From positions 62,001 to 126,000 of IMG/VR virus record IMGVR_UViG_3300005573_001079: DNA of 64,000 nt. One strand, given 5' to 3'. The translations under genes were made by a program, and so were the position numbers. This document shows positions 29,177-38,485 of this stretch, one piece after another. A model generated the notes under the pieces. That model made no database searches, had not been told where the DNA came from, and saw only the letters and a list, made by a program, of their open reading frames with translations. The DNA comes from an uncultured virus (IMG/VR IMGVR_UViG_3300005573_001079). Its lineage: Duplodnaviria > Heunggongvirae > Uroviricota > Caudoviricetes. The stretch's first letter is position 1; every line of letters begins with the position of its first letter.

Positions 29177-30300
29177 ATTATTTCCTTAATTCTATTACAC
29201 ATCTCTTTTATAACATCAAAAGAAGTAAATAAAGGAGGAGTTAATAATATTCTATTTTTAATTTTTCTTAATAATACACCTTTTTCTAAAAACTCTTTAG
29301 TGCTAAGTCTGTCTAAATAAAAAGAAATTAACATTCCTTTTCTGTTATAATCTTTCATATCAGAAAAAAATTCATCAAATATTTTACCTTTACATTCTAT
29401 ATAATCATAAATACTTTTATAAGATGATATGTTTTCTAATATATGAAGAGCAGCACGCGCTGCAATCAAATTAAATGCAAAAGTACTACTATAAAATCCT
29501 CTTTTCAAAGAGAAATTATCAAATAAATTAGATTTATAAAAAACTCCATAAAGAGGAAGACCTCCTCCTATACTTTTTCCAAAAACAATAACGTCAGGAT
29601 CTATTCCAAAATATCCTTGATATGAAAAAACATTTCCCGTTCTCCAAAATCCTGATTGTACTTCATCTACAATTAATAATATATCCATAGATTTAGCAAC
29701 ATCAAACAACTTCTTAAAAACATCTTGCTTTAAGAAAACTCCTCCTGAATTTGCAATCGCACAAGGTTCTACAATAATAGCAGCAACATCCCCTCGAAAA
29801 AGACTTAAAAAATGTTCAAAATTTTCAAAAGAAAAATCTTTGTTGTGAATAGAATCATATAATATTATACTTGAATCATAAAAAGTGTGTTGCAAAATAA
29901 CTTCTCTTCTTCCTGAAAGAGAACCAAATTTTCCATGGTATTGACCATCAAACATTATTACATATTTTTTTTGAGTATATAACTTTGCAAAATGAATAGC
30001 ACTAATAACAGAATCGGTACCACTCGCGGTATAAGATATAAAATAATTATTCGATACAAGATCCTCTAACTTTGAGGTCAGCATCTTTCTCAATTCACTA
30101 TTAAACTCATAAGCAGTTGGAAGTGCATTATACTGTTCTCCTATTACTTTAGATAAAGTAGGGATCCACAAAGAAGTAGAACATGAAAAAGAATGTGCGT
30201 CAAAGTATTCTTTGTTATTAATATCTAATAATACTCCAGGTTCTTTATATTTCTTAAAAACAATATCAAAATCATATATATAACTACTTGTTATTTCCAT
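29173..30300 (-). CDS. Class III PLP-dependent aminotransferase
   Basis: SGTDS, YHG, IIVEP, IVDEVQSGFWRTG, FGKSIGGGLP, STF. Confidence 0.9.
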   Translation of the reverse strand: MEITSSYIYDFDIVFKKYKEPGVLLDINNKEYFDAHSFSCSTSLWIPTLSKVIGEQYNALPTAYEFNSELRKMLTSKLEDLVSNNYFISYTASGTDSVISAIHFAKLYTQKKYVIMFDGQYHGKFGSLSGRREVILQHTFYDSSIILYDSIHNKDFSFENFEHFLSLFRGDVAAIIVEPCAIANSGGVFLKQDVFKKLFDVAKSMDILLIVDEVQSGFWRTGNVFSYQGYFGIDPDVIVFGKSIGGGLPLYGVFYKSNLFDNFSLKRGFYSSTFAFNLIAARAALHILENISSYKSIYDYIECKGKIFDEFFSDMKDYNRKGMLISFYLDRLSTKEFLEKGVLLRKIKNRILLTPPLFTSFDVIKEMCNRIKEII

Positions 30301-31157
30301 TATTTATTCCCTCCATATAACATTTCATAAATTTCTTCCTTAGTTTTTCCCTCTGCCATAAGTTGTTTCTTCAATTCTTTTATTTCTTTTTGTCTTTTTC
30401 TTATAGCATCCTTTACTTGTTCTGGTGTCCAAGATTTTCTTGCATCTACATGAACTCCTTTACTTAACTTAGATAAAACATCATTTAATTCCCCTAAAGT
30501 TTCACTATTAAGTAATTGAAAAACATTCATTTTCATTAAATTATCCTTAATTTTCTCAAAAGTAATCTCACTTGGTATTTCTATTAAAGGCTTATTCAAC
30601 TGATCACAAGCATACTTAAGAGCTTTTTTACCTTTACTCGTAACTCTAAATACTCCGATTACATACTTATAATCAAACTTTTCTAAAAACTTTTTTACTC
30701 TATCCCCGATTACTTGATAAAAAACTTTTTTTATTTCTTCTGGAGTTCTATGATTATCATCCCACGCATAATGAGCAAAAGGATAATACTTTTCATATTG
30801 GGTTGGTATAACTCCAATAGAAGAAATGGTTACTAAATCATAAATATCATCATAAGGTTTAGTAGCGCCAATTATCTTTTTATAAGTATGAGTCGTAGAA
30901 TAAGGTTTTTTTGCAGTACAATTTGTAAAAAGAACTATATCGTGAAGAGGTTTAAAATTATCTAAAACAAATTGAAAAGCCCTTTCAGGATGTGGATGAT
31001 AAAAATGTTCTTTTACTGGATGCAATAAAGGAGAATCCGGACCCAAATCCCATTCATTTGGTGGAATAATTTCTTTTTCATCCCCTACTAAAGAAGTAGT
31101 AACATTACGGGATTTGGAAATAGAATTATAAAAATTCCTAGAATTAAAAAGATTCAT
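30300..31157 (-). CDS. ArcS-like (DUF5591) archaeosine-synthase core domain protein
   Basis: FTNCTAKKPYS (cf. ArcS PCSxxKPYS), SSIGVIP..YE..YPFAHY.W. Confidence 0.75.
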   Translation of the reverse strand: MNLFNSRNFYNSISKSRNVTTSLVGDEKEIIPPNEWDLGPDSPLLHPVKEHFYHPHPERAFQFVLDNFKPLHDIVLFTNCTAKKPYSTTHTYKKIIGATKPYDDIYDLVTISSIGVIPTQYEKYYPFAHYAWDDNHRTPEEIKKVFYQVIGDRVKKFLEKFDYKYVIGVFRVTSKGKKALKYACDQLNKPLIEIPSEITFEKIKDNLMKMNVFQLLNSETLGELNDVLSKLSKGVHVDARKSWTPEQVKDAIRKRQKEIKELKKQLMAEGKTKEEIYEMLYGGNK

Positions 31158-31192
31158 TTTTTTTTACCCTATTACTTATTATTTATATACAA

Positions 31193-31203
31193 ATATAATA
31201 CAA
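31193..31203 (-). promoter_or_regulatory. Putative phage promoter motif TTGTATTATAT
   Basis: Exact copy, 36 nt upstream of the ArcS-like gene. Confidence 0.45.
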
Positions 31204-31213
31204 AATCAACTAA

Positions 31214-31855
31214 TTATTTCAATGACTTCACAAATTTAATTAAAATTTCTATTTTTTCCTCATCCATTTCTTTTTTTACTTCCTCCCACTCTACCCCTTC
31301 AAAAACAATCTTTTCAACATACGGTCTTATATCATTTGGCACGCTACACCAAAAATCAACATCGTCTCCTTCTTTCTCACATCCGTGATTTGAGTCCAAA
31401 ATAATATCAAATTCTTCTCTATCGTAATATTGTATTTCAATAACGTTATTTTTGCTAATCCTCCTATGTTCATTAGTTAGGATATTATTAACAATTAATC
31501 CCAACCTCTTTGAAAAGGTTTGATTATTGTACATAGGTCCGTAATACTGTAAGGACCTATAAGTCGAAAATCTGACTTCACTTATAAGGTCTTCAACATC
31601 AATACTTTCATTATAACTTCTACTTCTAATACAAGACTTAAAAATATAAGGGAAAATAAACCCCCACAGCTTTTCGAATCCCCTATCGTCCACATTATAA
31701 AATTCCCTTATCTTTCCTTTGTTCTTTCCTCTTATGTAATAAGGAAGGATTTTTTGTTCCTCGAAGATTTTAAATCTTTCTTCCAGAGAAGTGATGGGGG
31801 AACATATTGAATATGTAATATCATCAATAATTTTTTGTAATGATTGGATATCCAT
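31214..31855 (-). CDS. Divergent sigma-factor-like protein (region 2)
   Basis: DVEDLISEV...SLQYY...TFSKRLGLIVNNIL. Confidence 0.55.
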   Translation of the reverse strand: MDIQSLQKIIDDITYSICSPITSLEERFKIFEEQKILPYYIRGKNKGKIREFYNVDDRGFEKLWGFIFPYIFKSCIRSRSYNESIDVEDLISEVRFSTYRSLQYYGPMYNNQTFSKRLGLIVNNILTNEHRRISKNNVIEIQYYDREEFDIILDSNHGCEKEGDDVDFWCSVPNDIRPYVEKIVFEGVEWEEVKKEMDEEKIEILIKFVKSLK

Positions 31856-31957
31856 TTTTTTCTCCTAACTTTTAAAAAAATGTTAACTAAAATATAATAA
31901 ACAAAATGAAATAATCCAAATCTTTTTTTTATTTTTTTTTTATTTTTTTTTAAATTG

Positions 31958-32884
31958 TTAATAAAATATCCAATTAACTGATTTACTAGAAGAAAGTACA
32001 TTAAAAGGATGTATTGATTCTTCATTCTCAACTTTCAAAGACCACGCTAACACTTTTGGATTGTTTTGTAACATAATTTGTAAATCCCTTGCAATATCTT
32101 CAGAAAATTTAGGATTTTTATAACCTTTCTCAGTAACCCATCTTTCATCAGCTCTTTTTAAAAGTGGAAAAGTAGGAGCAGAAGCTTGAGCTTCTATAGA
32201 TTTTATCAAATCTTCTATATATAAACTATCATCTTTATCAACTTGAATCTCTATTTTAATTAATGAACGTTGATTATGAGCTCCTAAACCTACAAATCTT
32301 CCTATATCTTTATAAAATTCTATATCTTTAGAACACTTACACTCCGCGGAAATTTCATTTATTATATAATCATTTTGTAATAAACTCATTTCTTTACTAC
32401 AAGGACAAACAGATGCAGCAACTACATTAACTTCTAAAAGAAAATAAGTATTTCCATTCTTTTTTATACCAGTCATTGCACACAAATAAGACATCGGAGC
32501 AATTTTTTTAGAAACAGGAGCTTTTTTATTTATGTAATAATCAAATTCAAATCTTGCATAAACATCTTTACTTCCTAACCGTCTTTGCATATCTACTAAT
32601 ATATCTTCTAAAATTTGAAAGTTTAAAATTGAAGAATGATTATCCTTAAAAAACACTAAAACTTCCATAAATCTACTCAAATTATGTCCTTTAGCACTTT
32701 CGGGTAAAGAAGCAAATAATTTTACTTTAGCAGAGGCATTAACTTGAGACCCATCTTTTCTTAAAATAATAATAGGAAACTTTATATTAGTAAGCCCTAC
32801 TCTTTCTAATCCTATGCCTCGAGGATCTTGAGAATTTTGAACATCTGGTAAAGTTTTTGTTAATTCTTCTATTGAGTTAGACAT
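31958..32884 (-). CDS. folE2: GTP cyclohydrolase IB
   Basis: LPDVQ, VGL, KGHNLSRF, SVCPCS, AHNQRS, LKRADE, NPKFSED, ESIH. Confidence 0.93.
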   Translation of the reverse strand: MSNSIEELTKTLPDVQNSQDPRGIGLERVGLTNIKFPIIILRKDGSQVNASAKVKLFASLPESAKGHNLSRFMEVLVFFKDNHSSILNFQILEDILVDMQRRLGSKDVYARFEFDYYINKKAPVSKKIAPMSYLCAMTGIKKNGNTYFLLEVNVVAASVCPCSKEMSLLQNDYIINEISAECKCSKDIEFYKDIGRFVGLGAHNQRSLIKIEIQVDKDDSLYIEDLIKSIEAQASAPTFPLLKRADERWVTEKGYKNPKFSEDIARDLQIMLQNNPKVLAWSLKVENEESIHPFNVLSSSKSVNWIFY

Positions 32885-32898
32885 ATCACTTCTCCTTT

Positions 32899-33390
32899 TT
32901 ATTTTTTTTGATGTAAAAATTCATTATAAATTTGTAATAATTCTTCTTCACTAAAATTATATGATAAAATACAATTACATATATACAACCAATAGTTTGT
33001 AGAATCTATTGGTACAATTGGTAAATTATTTAAAATCTTGTATAGAATTCTTTGAGAAAGATTTCTATTATCTTTTTTTACTTGTTCTCTTTTATAAAAA
33101 TCTATTTTCTTTTGTAAAGTATTTAAGTCATAATTATTATTTCCTTTCAACAATAAAAAAGCTTCTCTATCAGTTATTCCTTCCAATAACGCCACAAACC
33201 TAACTATACCTCCTCCTTTTCCACAAGAAAAACAATTAAACAAACCAGTTTTTTTATTAATCTTAGCATTACCAAAATGATGGTCATCATGAAAAGGACA
33301 TAAAATATCTATTTCATCAGAGTAAGAATTTTCTCTATAACTTATATTATACTTGTTTAATATATTGATTATATCAATATTAATACTCAT
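32899..33390 (-). CDS. Stand-alone CHC2 primase zinc-binding domain protein
   Basis: CPFHDD...FNCFSCGKGG; directly downstream of dnaB. Confidence 0.85.
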   Translation of the reverse strand: MSINIDIINILNKYNISYRENSYSDEIDILCPFHDDHHFGNAKINKKTGLFNCFSCGKGGGIVRFVALLEGITDREAFLLLKGNNNYDLNTLQKKIDFYKREQVKKDNRNLSQRILYKILNNLPIVPIDSTNYWLYICNCILSYNFSEEELLQIYNEFLHQKK

Positions 33391-33404
33391 ACATTTTTTT
33401 TGCT

Positions 33405-34736
33405 TTATTGTTCATACCCTGGATATATTATTTTTCTATCCCCTACGTAACAAAATGCAGGATTTGCAAATGTAGTAAAAGTAACATTCTTTTGACCATA
33501 TCTATTTTTTCTTATCGTCCAATGTAATTGATTTGTAGCAGCATCAATTCCATTTGGATCCTGATGTAAAAAAACAATAACATGAAAAGGATTAGTAACA
33601 TAATGAGATTCTGAAATATTCTCTAAATCTCTTTTCTCTCCTTCCTTAATCTTTTTCCCTTCTCTATTCAATTGCATACTTGTAATTAAACGAGTTCCAT
33701 ATGTACGAGCTATAACTCTAAGTTCTGACGCAAGCAACTTAAACTTTTCGGAACTACTACTATAACTTCCTAAAGGCTCCATTTCATTCAAATAATCAAT
33801 TATAACTGCATCTGGATACTTTCCTGTTTTAGCAAAATATAACTCTATCTCTTTAATAACATCTCCAGAAGTAGCTTTATCTGGAATATCTACAATGTAA
33901 AGAGGATATTTGTTTTCAACAATATCTATTAACTTCTCTCTATAAATACCTCTATTTACATTCAATTTACCAGAAACTATATCCTTAAACTCTAATAAAG
34001 AATGTCTCGCATCAATCATTCTTTGATAATCTCTTTGGTCTCCAGAACCAGGAACTTCAAGTGTAAGTACCATTGTATCTTTTTTCTCTATAAAAGCATA
34101 ATTATATGCAATAGACAATTTAGTAAGGGTTTTAAATTCTCCAGTTCCTGCAACAATTAACATCATATGAGTTTTTCTTAAACCTCCATTAGTATAATAA
34201 TCTAAGTCGTTTATATGAAAAGGTATTGCTGTACTTTCAATAGTTTTGGATTCTACTCCTTTATAATACTCCCATCTTTCTACGGCAGAATCATAAATAA
34301 ATTCTCTATTACTTTCTTTTATACCAAAAGGATTTACTAATTCAGATAAAACAGATATTTTCTCTCTTACAATTTCCCTTGGATTCTTTGATTGTAATTC
34401 CTCTGGTAACTTTGATGCTACATCAAATAACTTGCGTGAACAAAACATATCAAATAAATCTTGAATTCTAACATTCAGTTCTTGCAAAGTAATATTAATT
34501 TCTTTTAATTCTAAAACTAAAATTTTTACGTCCGGATCATTTGTCTTATCAATAATTATATCAGGAGTAGGAAAAGTAGAGTAAGGAGGTCTTAGAATTT
34601 TTTTAAATTCTTTATAACATCTTCTGTGTAGTTCTTCCTCAAACCAGCTTTCTGGAATCTCTTTCCAAAATTCTGGGCCTTTTAAGAAGGCAGCTAATAC
34701 TAACTTTTCGACTTGAGGATCTTTAAATTTTATCAT
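33405..34736 (-). CDS. dnaB: Replicative DnaB-like helicase
   Basis: GGLR, AGTGEFKT, TLE, IIDYL, QLNR, KNRYG. Confidence 0.85.
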   Translation of the reverse strand: MIKFKDPQVEKLVLAAFLKGPEFWKEIPESWFEEELHRRCYKEFKKILRPPYSTFPTPDIIIDKTNDPDVKILVLELKEINITLQELNVRIQDLFDMFCSRKLFDVASKLPEELQSKNPREIVREKISVLSELVNPFGIKESNREFIYDSAVERWEYYKGVESKTIESTAIPFHINDLDYYTNGGLRKTHMMLIVAGTGEFKTLTKLSIAYNYAFIEKKDTMVLTLEVPGSGDQRDYQRMIDARHSLLEFKDIVSGKLNVNRGIYREKLIDIVENKYPLYIVDIPDKATSGDVIKEIELYFAKTGKYPDAVIIDYLNEMEPLGSYSSSSEKFKLLASELRVIARTYGTRLITSMQLNREGKKIKEGEKRDLENISESHYVTNPFHVIVFLHQDPNGIDAATNQLHWTIRKNRYGQKNVTFTTFANPAFCYVGDRKIIYPGYEQ

Positions 34737-34737
34737 A

Positions 34738-35505
34738 TTACAATTCTATTATCTTTCGAAGGTTTTCATACTGTTTACGATAAGAATTACCAACTAAAAT
34801 AACATCTACTAATTCCTCAAATCTATCAACTACGTTATCTGCGTGAACCCTACTTTCCTTCAATACTTTTTTAGAAAAATTAGAATTAACAATCAATGAT
34901 TTTTTTGTATCATAAATACTTCTAAAAAAATCATTTACCATTGAACCCAAAAAAGTAGTAGACTTATCAATATTATAATCTTTTTCAATTTCTTCTATAA
35001 CTAACAATTTTACATCATTCTTAATCCATTCAATTAACTCTTTATTCTCTTCTATATTTATGTCATAAAATAGTCCTGTAAGTCGAGACATACTAATAGC
35101 ATAACATATAATGTCTTGTTTCATAGCTTCTTTCAAAATATAATAACTAAGTGCTGTTTTGGCTAAACCATGTGCTCCTTGTATATACAACCCTACACCT
35201 TCATCTACCATAATCTTTATCTTATCTACATAATTTTTTATTATCTTTAACGCTTCTTTATTATTACTTATAAATTCTTTTGTTAAATTTCGAAGGTCAA
35301 AATCCCAATACTTTTGAGGTATATTAGCAGAAAGTAATTTTATCTGTCTTCTAAACTCTTCTACACACTCACAATCCATAAATATACCATTCGTTGTTAA
35401 ATATGCACCTCTCCCTAAACACTTTCCTTTACAAAACTTTCCAATAACAGAATTTTTAATACTTTCAACTTTCTCTGGGGGTATTAAGAAACTTTTCATA
35501 AACAA
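34738..35505 (-). CDS. DnaC/IstB-like helicase loader ATPase
   Basis: N-terminal Cys cluster, ANIP, GLYIQGAHGLAKT, LLVIEEI, SN, DRF, GNSYR. Confidence 0.8.
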   Translation of the reverse strand: MFMKSFLIPPEKVESIKNSVIGKFCKGKCLGRGAYLTTNGIFMDCECVEEFRRQIKLLSANIPQKYWDFDLRNLTKEFISNNKEALKIIKNYVDKIKIMVDEGVGLYIQGAHGLAKTALSYYILKEAMKQDIICYAISMSRLTGLFYDINIEENKELIEWIKNDVKLLVIEEIEKDYNIDKSTTFLGSMVNDFFRSIYDTKKSLIVNSNFSKKVLKESRVHADNVVDRFEELVDVILVGNSYRKQYENLRKIIEL

Positions 35506-35511
35506 TATTTC

Positions 35512-35910
35512 TCATAATAGTTTTCTAAAAATTTCCTTACTATAAAGTTCTTGTTTAAGTTTTTCAAAATCATCGTTTGTAAATGATTTGCAAGATGTTA
35601 ATTTTGAAGTTTTTAAAAACTTAATATTATAATATACTTTTTCACTTACTATTGCCCCAAAAGAAGGAACGTAATCCTTTTGAGTAAAAAAAATAGAAAA
35701 TACATCATCAATAAATTCTTTGTATTGAAGAGAAGTTAAATTCATCTTTTCTCTAAATCCTTTTATCCTCGACATCATACCAACCCAAGCATCTTCTGGC
35801 ACACTAAACTCTTTAGAAACAAACTCCTTATACTTAACTAAAAAATAAATTAAAATATCTCTATTAGACCATTTATCTATATCTTTAGTATTTGTTAACT
35901 TAATCTTCAT
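35512..35910 (-). CDS. Hypothetical protein in the replication block
   Basis: 132 aa ORF between helicase and loader. Confidence 0.55.
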   Translation of the reverse strand: MKIKLTNTKDIDKWSNRDILIYFLVKYKEFVSKEFSVPEDAWVGMMSRIKGFREKMNLTSLQYKEFIDDVFSIFFTQKDYVPSFGAIVSEKVYYNIKFLKTSKLTSCKSFTNDDFEKLKQELYSKEIFRKLL

Positions 35911-37372
35911 TTTCTATATCCTCTAAAGTTAAATTACTAACATCTCTAATCTCTACTACAAAAGCAGGTTCTGACTTATATAAAGATAATCTCTTTTGAG
36001 AATGTTGAGATAGATATTTACATTGATGTATAAAATCTATAATTCCTACTGTTGTTTTTGATTCATGTTTGGTTATAGATCTCATACGTTGAAAAGTTGC
36101 TATATTGCTTAACCCTCCAACCATATTGATAGTATAATCTAAACTTGGAACATCTAAACCTTCTTCAAATAATGTAGACACTAAAAGTAAAATTTCTTTA
36201 TTTTGTAATCTCTTTAATACATCTTGTCTCTTCTCTGTACTATCACTGCCTACTAAATACTCACATTCTAAGAATTTTGCTAAATCTTTAGTATGTTGAA
36301 TAAATTCAGTTTGAACTACAACTGATTTTCCAAGAGCGTTTAGTTGTTTCGCTAAATTACGTACTAAATGAGTTAAAAATGGATTCTGTATTACAGCTTT
36401 TGTATAAACAGCTCTATAATTACCATCAACCTTAATAGAAGGAAGTTTATACATATATATGTAGGGAGTCATTAAATATCCTTCTTCGATCAAAGAAGAA
36501 TAAGTAATTTTGTATATAACAGGACCAGTTCTCTCTTCTACTAAGATAGAGTCAGGTTTATCTGAAAAAGGAGTAGCTGACAACCCTATTTTCATAACTG
36601 TATTTATACACCTATCATAAATAAATCCTGTAGTGGAAGATTGTAAATGATGAACTTCATCTAAAAATAAGGTTTTTGTTTTTATTAATAAATTTCTTAC
36701 TCCTTCTTTATCAACTACTTCTTTTTCTTCGTATAATCCTTTTTCTTTATATTTCTTATTATAAGCAGAATAAGCACTTTGAACTGTAACTACATTAATA
36801 TCTCCTATCTTACATTCACCATCACAAATAAAACCTATTTGTTTATCTTTAAAATTCTTCTCAAACACCCTTAAAGTTTGATACGCTAAATCTCTGCTGC
36901 GCACTAAGAAAACTACGGGAAATTGATTAAAATGATAAATAATAGAAACCGCAATCAAAGTTTTACCACTTCTCGGAGGAGCTTGAATTATACCAAATCT
37001 TTTTCTTATAGCAGTCAAAGTTGCCTCTTGTTGATAGTGTCTTAAAGTAACAACATTATCATTTGCATCTTTAAAATCAACTTTTGAAATCTCCGATATT
37101 GCATGATTTGGAAAATTTAATATCTCTATCTCATAATTATTACTCTTAAGTATATCTACTACTCTTGGTAATAATCCTGTTCTGAATTTCTTAGAAGCAT
37201 GTTTATACAATCTACAATATCCATCCCATATACCATTTTGGTACTTCGGAGAAAAATAATATCCTTCTGGTCTATACTTTAGAGTATCATATAAAAGATT
37301 ATACACCGCGGAGGGAGCAGAAATAATTTTACACCAAACAAAAGAAAAATTAATAACTACTTTTCCCATCAT
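35900..37372 (-). CDS. Superfamily 2 DNA helicase (UvsW-like)
   Basis: LRHYQ, PPRSGKT, DEVH, SAT, EGLDVP, QR.R. Confidence 0.9.
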   Translation of the reverse strand: MMGKVVINFSFVWCKIISAPSAVYNLLYDTLKYRPEGYYFSPKYQNGIWDGYCRLYKHASKKFRTGLLPRVVDILKSNNYEIEILNFPNHAISEISKVDFKDANDNVVTLRHYQQEATLTAIRKRFGIIQAPPRSGKTLIAVSIIYHFNQFPVVFLVRSRDLAYQTLRVFEKNFKDKQIGFICDGECKIGDINVVTVQSAYSAYNKKYKEKGLYEEKEVVDKEGVRNLLIKTKTLFLDEVHHLQSSTTGFIYDRCINTVMKIGLSATPFSDKPDSILVEERTGPVIYKITYSSLIEEGYLMTPYIYMYKLPSIKVDGNYRAVYTKAVIQNPFLTHLVRNLAKQLNALGKSVVVQTEFIQHTKDLAKFLECEYLVGSDSTEKRQDVLKRLQNKEILLLVSTLFEEGLDVPSLDYTINMVGGLSNIATFQRMRSITKHESKTTVGIIDFIHQCKYLSQHSQKRLSLYKSEPAFVVEIRDVSNLTLEDIENED

Positions 37373-37693
37373 CTACAAACCTCTTGGGGGTATAATAACC
37401 CATCCTTTATAAATTAGGTTTCTTATAATCTGTTCTGCTGGTATATAATAATCTCTATCTGTTTGAACCCATTGAGCTATTTCTTGATAAAAATCATCAA
37501 TAGCAGTTGCAGAAAATCCTTCTGTAGGATAACTTTTCGCAGGTAATATATCATATCCAGAATTTTCTACAATTTCTAATACTTCTCGAAGAAAATTGAC
37601 ATCTAATCTTAAGTTTTTACGTAATACAGGTGAATTATATCTTCTTCTTAACTCTTCTAATATCTCATAAACAACTCTTTCTTTATCTAACAT
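37373..37693 (-). CDS. Hypothetical protein
   Basis: 106 aa ORF. Confidence 0.55.
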   Translation of the reverse strand: MLDKERVVYEILEELRRRYNSPVLRKNLRLDVNFLREVLEIVENSGYDILPAKSYPTEGFSATAIDDFYQEIAQWVQTDRDYYIPAEQIIRNLIYKGWVIIPPRGL

Positions 37694-37696
37694 AAA

Positions 37697-38446
37697 CTAA
37701 ACTCCTCTTTTATTGTCATAAGCAACAATGTGAATTCTATCAGTATAATTATATCCTTTTTTAATACAATACTCTATTAAAGGAACTCTAATCTTATCTA
37801 ATTCCTCTCTCGTAGCTCCTGCAGGCATCAAATATACCTTACAGTTTGGAATTTTTAGTTGTTTTACCATTTCTTCAATTTCTTCAATATCCTTCTCAAA
37901 GTTAGATACTACTGGCTTAAATTGATAATCATAATAAGAAATAAGTTGTAACATAATATCATAATTATTCCTTAATGATTTATGACGAGTAACCCAAGCT
38001 TGAGGAACTTTGATAACTTTATCTCCTGCTTTGTAAAGACCTCCAACTTTAGGAGTAGTACTTGATAATTTAGGAGATAAAGAAATAAAATCTGCTTTTG
38101 TTTTTACAAAAGCAATACCGGCTGTCTCTATAGTAACAAAATGACCAAAATCTTTCGCAATATTTACCAACCTATTTAACAAAGTTGGATTTGAAGTAGG
38201 TTCTCCTCCTGTTATCATAGTATGCTTTATATGAGAATTTTTTTTATAAAAGTTTATAAGTGTACTCTCTACAACACGAAAAGGTTCAGGAGCCCAACTA
38301 GTATACCAGCTATCACAAATAGAACTTCCAAAAACACATCTCATAGGACATCCTACCATACGAACTAAAATATGAGGGACTCCTGTATATTTTCCTTCTC
38401 CTTGAATACATGTGTAAAACTCTGATATTCCTATTTCTTTTTCCAT
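37697..38446 (-). CDS. queE: 7-carboxy-7-deazaguanine synthase (radical SAM)
   Basis: IQGEG, R..GCPMRC......CDS, TGGEP, IETAG, SPK, RIH. Confidence 0.92.
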   Translation of the reverse strand: MEKEIGISEFYTCIQGEGKYTGVPHILVRMVGCPMRCVFGSSICDSWYTSWAPEPFRVVESTLINFYKKNSHIKHTMITGGEPTSNPTLLNRLVNIAKDFGHFVTIETAGIAFVKTKADFISLSPKLSSTTPKVGGLYKAGDKVIKVPQAWVTRHKSLRNNYDIMLQLISYYDYQFKPVVSNFEKDIEEIEEMVKQLKIPNCKVYLMPAGATREELDKIRVPLIEYCIKKGYNYTDRIHIVAYDNKRGV

Positions 38447-38469
38447 ATATATCCCTTCTTTTTTTATTC

Positions 38470-38480
38470 ATATAATACAA
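38470..38480 (-). promoter_or_regulatory. Putative phage promoter motif TTGTATTATAT
   Basis: Exact copy, 24 nt upstream of queE. Confidence 0.45.
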
Positions 38481-38485
38481 CATTA

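Noticed and set aside
31732..32031. 99-aa minus-strand ORF bridging folE2 and the sigma-like gene
   Set aside because: Overlaps both neighbours out of frame and crosses low-complexity poly-A DNA.
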